Source of the DNA: a virus
Direction: 5' to 3' (one strand)
IMG/VR virus record: IMGVR_UViG_3300000983_000001
Location: 1-22,890 of that record
Length of the DNA stretch: 22,890 nucleotides
In this document: positions 1-6,800 of the stretch, piece by piece
Position numbering within the stretch: position 1 is the first letter of the stretch
Layout: every line of letters starts with the position of its first letter
Program-made: the position numbers and the translations under genes
The notes under the pieces: generated by a model
Databases searched by the model: none
What the model was told of the DNA's origin: nothing
Seen by the model: the letters and a program-made list of their open reading frames with translations, nothing else

Positions 1-7
1 AATTCAA

Positions 8-17
8 TATAATCGCT
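8..17 (+). promoter_or_regulatory. Putative -7 promoter element (TATAATCGCT)
   Basis: 9/10 identical to TATATTCGCT at 768-777, which precedes the first CDS. The upstream element would lie outside the window. Confidence 0.3.
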
Positions 18-298
18 AAACTTCATTTAGCTCATACATTAAATTAAATGTGAATTACCGTTAGCAAAAAAGACTGATTAGATTAACTTATGGTAGATTA
101 TAGGCATCTGCTTTGAATTGGCAGATGCAAACAACTGATAGATTAAGAAAAACCAAAATAATTTTAGGTTATGGTAACCTCTCATCTAAACTATTAAATT
201 ACCTAAGTACTAAATTAAGATTATTAGGTATACTAAGGTAGACAACTAATGTCATGGTAAAAAGTAATCTAAAGATGGGAGACTAGATGACGGTAGTT
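15..298 (+). ncRNA. Candidate structured non-coding RNA or structured leader (family unknown)
   Basis: Helices: 15-20/26-31 (6 bp), 53-63/288-298 (11 bp, 2 G.U), 104-111/121-128 (8 bp perfect), 179-187/273-281 (9 bp, 1 G.U), 200-209/231-240 (9 of 10), 241-244/250-253. No ORF. Confidence 0.4.
72..271. repeat. Short dispersed repeats (TAGATTA x3 direct + 1 inverted; ACTGAT(T)AGATTAA x2; TTATGGTA x2)
   Basis: TAGATTA at 79-85, 94-100, 139-145 and its complement TAATCTA at 265-271. ACTGATTAGATTAA at 73-86 vs ACTGATAGATTAA at 134-146. TTATGGTA at 88-95 and 169-176. Confidence 0.55.
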
Positions 299-301
299 AA
301 A

Positions 302-364
302 TTAAATATTATCGTAAATTTCATTATTCACTACGCTCATAATTCTATTTACTCAAATATTTAA
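302..364 (-). other. Long imperfect hairpin capped by GA-GC-GTA-GT-GA (read on the - strand)
   Basis: Arms 302-310/356-364, 314-319/347-352, 323-327/339-343 around TCACTACGCTC (328-338). Confidence 0.55.
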
Positions 365-532
365 GTATTTTATAAAGTATCAAAAAGATATAAAATTAGT
401 GTACCTCAAAAATTATTTAAGGTTATTTAGTTTTTAATAAATTAAAGTTAAGTTTAAATTAAGGTAGGTAGGTAAATTCTATAAAAAGTTCTACAAAAAG
501 TTTTTTACTAATTTCATAAATCAATTAGTCTC

Positions 533-582
533 TAGGTGTTCGTTGCACTCACATACTAAAAGCTTTCGTTATCACTTCAAGC
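533..582 (-). other. Two tandem hairpins capped by GAGTGCAACGA and GAAGTGATAACGA (read on the - strand)
   Basis: 533-539/551-558 around TCGTTGCACTC (540-550). 562-565/579-582 around TCGTTATCACTTC (566-578). Confidence 0.5.
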
Positions 583-744
583 AAGTTCCAATCACTTCTC
601 CTAGTTAAAACATTTTTACCTATTTTCCAAATTTTTTAGGTGTGTTTATGTATATTTTTAATAGTAATTAATTTAGAGATTTGATTTTTAATAAGTAACA
701 CTAGTTAACTAAAAGTATATCTAAAATTAAATTTTAAAATTAAT

Positions 745-775
745 TTTGTTTTTACTAGATTTTAAGTTATATTCG
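745..775 (+). promoter_or_regulatory. Putative Bacteroidetes-type primary sigma promoter (-33/-7)
   Basis: TTTG (745-748), 19 nt, then TATATTCG (768-775). One mismatch to the TTTG-N19-21-TAnnTTTG consensus, 23 nt upstream of the first ATG of the cluster. Confidence 0.55.
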
Positions 776-798
776 CTTTAAATAAAGAAACAACTAAC

Positions 799-1161
799 AT
801 GAACACTTTACGAAAAACTTTAGTTGCATCAGGTTTTAGACGGGCAAAAATTCATTTGCTTATGATAAATATGTTTGTAGAAGTGGGTTTATCTGAAAAA
901 GAGTTAGAAGTTTTAGCCAACTTTATTTCAGCACCAGAAAACTTAAAACAAACATACATGTTTAATACTGCGGTAAGAAAATATGTATGTCAGCAGTCAG
1001 GTATTTGCAACAAGGGTATTAGCAATCATCTTAAAAGTATGATTAACAAAAAATTTATTGTTCGAGACCCTATTACAAAACTATTAAGTATCAGCCCTAA
1101 TTTATTACCAACTAACCAAATTTATCATATTGAAATAAAAAACGAAACAGATGCCAGTTAG
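799..1161 (+). CDS. Hypothetical protein, possible winged-helix DNA-binding protein
   Basis: 120-aa ORF. The pattern LSEKELEVL...VRKYVCQQSGICNKGISNHLKSMINKKFIVR resembles a wHTH. A-rich start context. Confidence 0.55.
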   Translation: MNTLRKTLVASGFRRAKIHLLMINMFVEVGLSEKELEVLANFISAPENLKQTYMFNTAVRKYVCQQSGICNKGISNHLKSMINKKFIVRDPITKLLSISPNLLPTNQIYHIEIKNETDAS

Positions 1162-1528
1162 CGGTAAAAATAACATTAAAAATTTTTGGTTAAAACATTA
1201 CAAAGATTACCCTAACCTATCTGAGAAAGAGGTTAAATTTATTTTAGAAACTTATTATAAATACCTCAAAGCAGAAATTAGTAAGAATAAAATCACAAAC
1301 TTTAATTTGTTAAATCTAGGTTACTTTGGAGTAGAAGAATACAGAGCTAAGAGAGAATTGAGCATAGAAAAACCTGATAAGGTAAAACCTGAAAGATGGA
1401 ACGAGGCAAGAATCATGTTCAAAGAATATCTGGACAGATTAGAAAATCAAAGGTCGCATAAAAACAGAGTACAGAAATTAAAAGCGGAATATCTAAAAGC
1501 TAAAGAAAATGGTAGTAATATTAGATAA
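1151..1528 (+). CDS. HU/IHF-like DNA-binding protein (phage type)
   Basis: Basic 125-aa ORF. Helix SEKEVKFILETYYKYLKAEI followed by FNLLNLGYFGV resembles the HU/IHF V.l.gfG.F.v signature. Confidence 0.5.
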   Translation: MPVSGKNNIKNFWLKHYKDYPNLSEKEVKFILETYYKYLKAEISKNKITNFNLLNLGYFGVEEYRAKRELSIEKPDKVKPERWNEARIMFKEYLDRLENQRSHKNRVQKLKAEYLKAKENGSNIR

Positions 1529-2108
1529 TGGACATGGAGATGTTTTGGGGGGTGTATATCAAACAAGAGGAAAACAATCCCCTGATTGGAAGCAAGGTGT
1601 ATTATATGAAGGTGCTTGGAACAGATGGTTGGTTAATCGAATAAGGGAGAAACTAACAAGGAGAAAAATTCCTTATTACCACATATCCCCCGAATTAAAG
1701 GACATCACTTTGAAAGCAAGGGTAAACCGAGCTAATAAGATACACGCTGTAAACCCTAATGTATACCTTTTATCTATACATGCTAATGGAGGTGGAGGTG
1801 TTGGAATTGAAGCTTTTACTTCCAGAGGTAAAACGGGGTCAGATAAAATTGCCGATGTAATACTTACAGCTATAGAAGATTCAGGTTTGAACAGAATGAG
1901 GTATGACTTTTCGGATGGTGATAAAGACAAGGAAAGTGGGTTCTACATTTTAAGAAACACCAACTGCAAAGCTATACTACTTGAAGGTGGGTTCATGGAT
2001 AATCCCCAAGACTACAAAAAACTACTGAGTGAAGATTACATTGCAAAGTTAGCTGAGGTTTTAGCTGATATAATAGAGAAAATCTATAAAAATAAAAACT
2101 ATGTCTAA
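1509..2108 (+). CDS. N-acetylmuramoyl-L-alanine amidase (Amidase_3), probable endolysin
   Basis: Zn-amidase motifs ILDNGHG, LYE, LSIHAN, ILLEGGFMDN, plus L..RVNRAN and FYILRNT. No signal peptide or wall-binding domain. Confidence 0.93.
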   Translation: MVVILDNGHGDVLGGVYQTRGKQSPDWKQGVLYEGAWNRWLVNRIREKLTRRKIPYYHISPELKDITLKARVNRANKIHAVNPNVYLLSIHANGGGGVGIEAFTSRGKTGSDKIADVILTAIEDSGLNRMRYDFSDGDKDKESGFYILRNTNCKAILLEGGFMDNPQDYKKLLSEDYIAKLAEVLADIIEKIYKNKNYV

Positions 2109-2943
2109 ATACGTTATAAAATATAAACCTAGAACGAAAGTAGAAGTTGCTGATTCAAATACAACTAATGGTTATTTTGTTATTTCAGATGATGCAGATG
2201 TAAAATATGGTGAATACAAAGATGCAATTAAATTTAATTCTATAGCTGATGCGAAATGGTTTGCAGAAGTCAACTTAGACGGTAACTGGACAGTTTTAGA
2301 TACCTCAAATTTATCCTCGAAACAAATCAGTGATGGTTACCACACCTTTCAAGAATTGTATCAGTTCCGATTTTTATATAATGCTCTTTTATTTAATGAA
2401 TGGGGTAAAGGTTTTACAGATCAAGAAAGGATAAAAGTTTCGGAGTCTGGTTTTCCTATTACAAACAAAGTTAAATACGATGTACATAAATCTTGGAAAC
2501 ACTCAGATGGAGAATGGTGTTTTGGTGAACCTAAAAAATATTTTATTGTAGTTGCAGAACTACCCACAGGACAAATATCAAATCACTATAAAGCTGAATA
2601 TTGGGATATGTTTGATATACCAGAAAAAGATTTAGCAAATAAATTTGATGGACATACAGCAGAAGATGTAATGAAGATGATGGAATCTTTTTTAATATTA
2701 ACTAATAAATGTTTATTTGAAAAATTACTTCGGGTTAAAGTATTAAAAGAGTTTCGCAAAAATAAAATAGAAAACAAGACGTTAGGGGACTTATTTCAAA
2801 GATTTAACAGTTCACCAAATAATTCTCTTGTTTATTCAGAATTAACTGATGGAGAACCTGAAAATACAAAAAGTAATATTAGTTATGAAGTTAAAATTTT
2901 GGATTTCAGCAAAGATACAAAAGATGATCAACAAAGCAGTTAA
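2101..2943 (+). CDS. WDGH-like domain phage protein with N- and C-terminal extensions
   Basis: Motif series SDGYHTFQELY, KSWKHSDG, FIVVAELPTGQISNHY, WDMF, FDGHT..DV, as recalled for the phage WDGH domain family. Confidence 0.65.
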   Translation: MSKYVIKYKPRTKVEVADSNTTNGYFVISDDADVKYGEYKDAIKFNSIADAKWFAEVNLDGNWTVLDTSNLSSKQISDGYHTFQELYQFRFLYNALLFNEWGKGFTDQERIKVSESGFPITNKVKYDVHKSWKHSDGEWCFGEPKKYFIVVAELPTGQISNHYKAEYWDMFDIPEKDLANKFDGHTAEDVMKMMESFLILTNKCLFEKLLRVKVLKEFRKNKIENKTLGDLFQRFNSSPNNSLVYSELTDGEPENTKSNISYEVKILDFSKDTKDDQQSS

Positions 2944-3265
2944 CTATATATACGATAAATTTTTACCTGATTGGGGACATCTTTTCTTAGACGATTTTGT
3001 TATAGAGCAAATCTTATGGAGAAGGTCATTGGTGAAAAACAGTGCTTTAGACTACAAAAATTTATTTAAAACTACTATAGCAGATAATTTACCTCCTATA
3101 ATGGAAGAACCCCATTGGATTAAGTTTAAATCTCAAAAAGAGGTTATCGTAGGTTTAGATGGAAAAAATAATATATGGAGAAACCTTATTCGATATATAA
3201 ATGTAGGCGAAGAAACTATTAAAATTTTTAAAAATAAAGTTCCTGTTTTTATTTTAAGTTATTAA
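2924..3265 (+). CDS. Hypothetical protein
   Basis: The ORF track gives 2849..3265. The in-frame ATG at 2924 (MINKAV) reduces the overlap with the upstream gene to 20 nt and is the likelier start. Confidence 0.6.
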   Translation: MINKAVNYIYDKFLPDWGHLFLDDFVIEQILWRRSLVKNSALDYKNLFKTTIADNLPPIMEEPHWIKFKSQKEVIVGLDGKNNIWRNLIRYINVGEETIKIFKNKVPVFILSY

Positions 3266-3280
3266 GTAAATATATAGTTA

Positions 3281-3859
3281 ATGGCATACTTATTTCAAGT
3301 TTTAGGTCAAACTGTGACACCTAATACAGAGACCTTATTATTATATCCTTTCAATAAAATATGGGAAAGAGATAGAAGTAAAAATAAATCTGTTGCGAGA
3401 AGTGAATTTGCTTATATAGAATTTATGTCTTCTCAGTTAAAAAGTAACCCTTTTCGTAATTACAAAGCAGATAAAAAGGAGGCAAAAATAATTCAAGCTG
3501 CAATTAAACAGAAGAATTGGCAACCTGATACATTAGTCAAAATTGGGATAGAAGCTATTAAAAGCTTTCAAAAAGAAGCTAGTACCATTTATCGTTTATA
3601 TTTAGCTAGTAAGAGAGCAGTTGAGGAGACAGAAGCTTTCTTGAACTCTTTCAGCTATGAAGAAATAAATGAGAAGTCAGGGGCGCAGTTATATAAACCA
3701 AAGGATATTTTAGCTATAGTTAAAACTTTAAATGACTCTTTGCAAACTTTGATGGACATGGAAGATAAAGTTCAGCAAGAACTGTTTGAGGTTATAAAAA
3801 ATAAAGGTGGTAAAACTGTTTCCTCTTTTGCAAATCCAGATATATTAAAAGAAATATAA
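3281..3859 (+). CDS. Conserved protein upstream of TerL, probable terminase small subunit
   Basis: 192-aa helical protein ending 1 nt before the TerL start. The function is inferred from position. Confidence 0.55.
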   Translation: MAYLFQVLGQTVTPNTETLLLYPFNKIWERDRSKNKSVARSEFAYIEFMSSQLKSNPFRNYKADKKEAKIIQAAIKQKNWQPDTLVKIGIEAIKSFQKEASTIYRLYLASKRAVEETEAFLNSFSYEEINEKSGAQLYKPKDILAIVKTLNDSLQTLMDMEDKVQQELFEVIKNKGGKTVSSFANPDILKEI

Positions 3860-3860
3860 A

Positions 3861-6800
3861 ATGAGTTATGGTTCAGGCAAACTAGATGCAGTCAGGAATA
3901 AAAATGGTATTTGGATTAATACAAGTGTTTTTAGAGAAGCAGCCTTGCATTTTCAAAAATACGGATACTATAATGCTGATCCACCTGAATCTCCTGATTG
4001 GAAAGAGTACTGGTTAGAGGAAAAAAGAAGGTGTATTAGGGGTTATAGTGTAGGTGGAGTTTGGATTACAGGTGACCATTATTTTTATTTAAATTATTGT
4101 CCGATAAGGAAACTAGAAGATGCTCACTTAAAGCAAACTAAAGGTAAAAAAGTAACTACCTTCCCTGATTTTTGGGATGGTGATTATAATTACTTTATAG
4201 CAAGTGAGATTGCATTGAATGGTATCCTAGAAAATTTCGTTAAAGAAAAAGAAAGGAAACGTATATTAAGTTTAGAGGATTATGCTAGGCTTGATGCTTT
4301 AGATACTATAGTAAAATCTTTAAATTTAGAGGTTAAAATACCTACCCATAGTATACTGAAAAGAAGGAATCGTCCAGATCAAATCCAAGACCATTTGTTA
4401 GGCGGTAAAAACATGATTATAGGCAAAGCGAGAAGACGTGGTTATGAGCAGCCTCATTCCGAGATTATTATGACGGACAAAGGGAAATCTACTATGGGGA
4501 AAATAGCTGTAGGGGAATATGTTTTAACACCAAATGGGACTAAAACTAAAGTCACAGCTAAGTATTTTCAGGGTTTAAAATGTGTATATGAGCTAGAACT
4601 TTACGATGGTAGAAAAGTAAAATGTGGATTAAATCATCTGTGGAAAATTTACAGTGGGAATTTCAACAAAAAGACAAAAGATAGGTATTTTAAAATATTA
4701 AGCACAGAAGATATTTTAAAAAGCTCTTATAAAGAAAAGGGTGTATACAAGCACTATATTAAAATAAATGAACCTATTAGCAATGCAGACGATTTAAAAG
4801 ACTTACCCCTACCCCCATATGTTGTAGGTGCTTTTTTAGGAGACGGGAATATGATTAGACAAACCCGTTTATCTGGAATAGATGAAGATATACATGAACG
4901 GGTATTAAAAGAAGTCTCTGAAAAATTTAAGGATTTAGAAATAAAAATAATACGTAGGGTTAGGTATTGGGAGTATTCTTTTTTAACAAGGGATATAGAA
5001 CATTTTAGACTTTGGAGAGATAGGTACAATTATAAAAAAGTTGGCACAGCAAGGATAAACCCTTTATATAAGGAATTTGAAAAACTTGGCATAAATTGTC
5101 ACGGAAATAATAAATATATACCAGATGTATATAAGTATAACAGCACAATATCGGAAAGATATGCCTTAGTTCAAGGGTTGATGGATACAGATGGGACAGT
5201 TTCAGAAGACGGTTCTATGAGTTTCGCAGGAAATTCAGAAAGATTAGTCTCAGATTTGCAAGAAGTTTTATATTCTTTGGGGATCGGTTCAACCAAAAGA
5301 GTAAGAAAAGACGGACTACATATAATCTATATAAATACAAATGAAGAAATTGTTTACTTAAAAAGAAAAAAGGTAAGATTAAAAAAATACAGAAAATGTA
5401 GAAAATATATCCCCATAATTAACATAAAAAAATTGGGTTATAAAGAATTATCTAGTTGTATAGAGGTTGAAGATGAAGAACACCTATATTTAACTAGAGG
5501 TTATGTAACTACTCATAACAGTTATAAAGCTGCTTCGGAAGCGGTTAATACCTACTTCACAAAACCTGAATCTTTATCTATATTTGGCGCATACGAATCC
5601 AGGTATCTATACCCAAAAGGTCTTTTTACAATGACCTTGAATTATATTAATTTTATCAATAAGAATACGGGTTGGGCCATGCCCTCAGATAAAGTTAATA
5701 GACAAGATAGCATTAAAGCTTCTTATGTTGAATATAATAAAGATGGTCAACCTATAGAATTAGGTTACAAGAGTAATATAATAGCTTTATCTTTTAAAGA
5801 TAATGCGGATGCTGCTAGAGGAAAAGATGCAGATAAAATAAAAATAGAGGAAGCAGGAGCATTTGGTAGACCTGGATTATTAAAAGCTTCTTATAAAGCT
5901 ATGAAACCCTGTGTAATGGCAGGTCAAATACAAACAGGTATCATAACAATATTTGGTTGTGTGATGGCAGGCACTAAGGTTTGGGATAACAAAGGGGTAT
6001 TGACTAATATAGAAGATATAACTAAAGAAAAAGGTATTATTGGCTATGCTTCTAAAGGGGTTATGTCAGAGGAAATAACTTGGTTAAAACCACCAGGTAA
6101 AAAGGAATGTGTGAAAATAACAACAAGTAAAGGTGAAAGCATAAGTTGCAGTTTAGATCATCCTTTGTTGTGGACTAAAAGGTGGTATAAAAAAGGTAAA
6201 AATAAAGCAGCAACATTTAAACGAGCAGAAGATGTTAAAGTAGGGGATATATTACTACAGACCTTGCAAATGCCTAAATTTGGACAGAAAAGAATTTGGA
6301 AACCCTATCTTGTAGGTTTATTAATTGGAGATGGATATTATGGACAAAATTCAAGCCCTCAAATTGCTATCTCTGAACCCGAACTATTGACTTATTTAGA
6401 TGAAAGTGAAACATCGTATAGTATATATAAAGGTAAATCTAGTGAAATCCCATATTTTAGGTATGTCACCTTAAAGGGATCACAAAAAGAATTAAGACTT
6501 TTAGGTATATATGGACAAACCAAAAAAAGTAAAAGATTACCTTCAAATATATGGCAATATAAAAAAGAAGATGTTTGTGAATTACTAGCTGGTTATTTTG
6601 ATGCAGATGGAAATATCAGTGCAGTAGGGTTGAAAAAATGTATTAAGTTAACCAGTGTTGTAAAAAAGTTATTGGAAGAAGTCAAAACACAACTTTTTAA
6701 GTTAGGTATTAGTTCTAATATTTATAAAAGAGACAATAAAAAATCTGTAATTTTGAAATCAAATGTCACAGGCAAAACCAGTACAATAAAAAGAACCATC

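Noticed and set aside
72-300. CRISPR or mini-array associated with the Cas4-like nuclease
   Set aside because: Repeats are only 7-14 nt, irregularly spaced and ~19 kb from the nuclease. There is no repeat-spacer periodicity.
53-562. Group I intron: GAGACTAGATGACGGTAG (279-296) resembles the P7/P3' segment, TTACCGTTA could be P3, and TAGTCTC (526-532) could pair as P7'
   Set aside because: No convincing P4/P6 (P and Q) sequences, no AAGAUA J8/7 before UAGUC, and no flanking exon ORF. Kept only as an unclassified structured RNA candidate. A cmsearch with group I models would settle it.
600-760. Palindromes such as TAGTTAACTA (702-711) and AT-only inverted repeats around 722-747
   Set aside because: Expected by chance in extremely AT-rich sequence, with no independent support.
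1-798. tRNA or tmRNA genes in the non-coding region
   Set aside because: No cloverleaf with a T-loop GTTCRA and acceptor stem was found. GTTCG at 538-542 belongs to a different hairpin.
2849-2943. Programmed frameshift joining the 2101 and 2849 ORFs
   Set aside because: The overlap is explained by a later ATG at 2924, and no clear slippery site with a stimulatory structure was seen.
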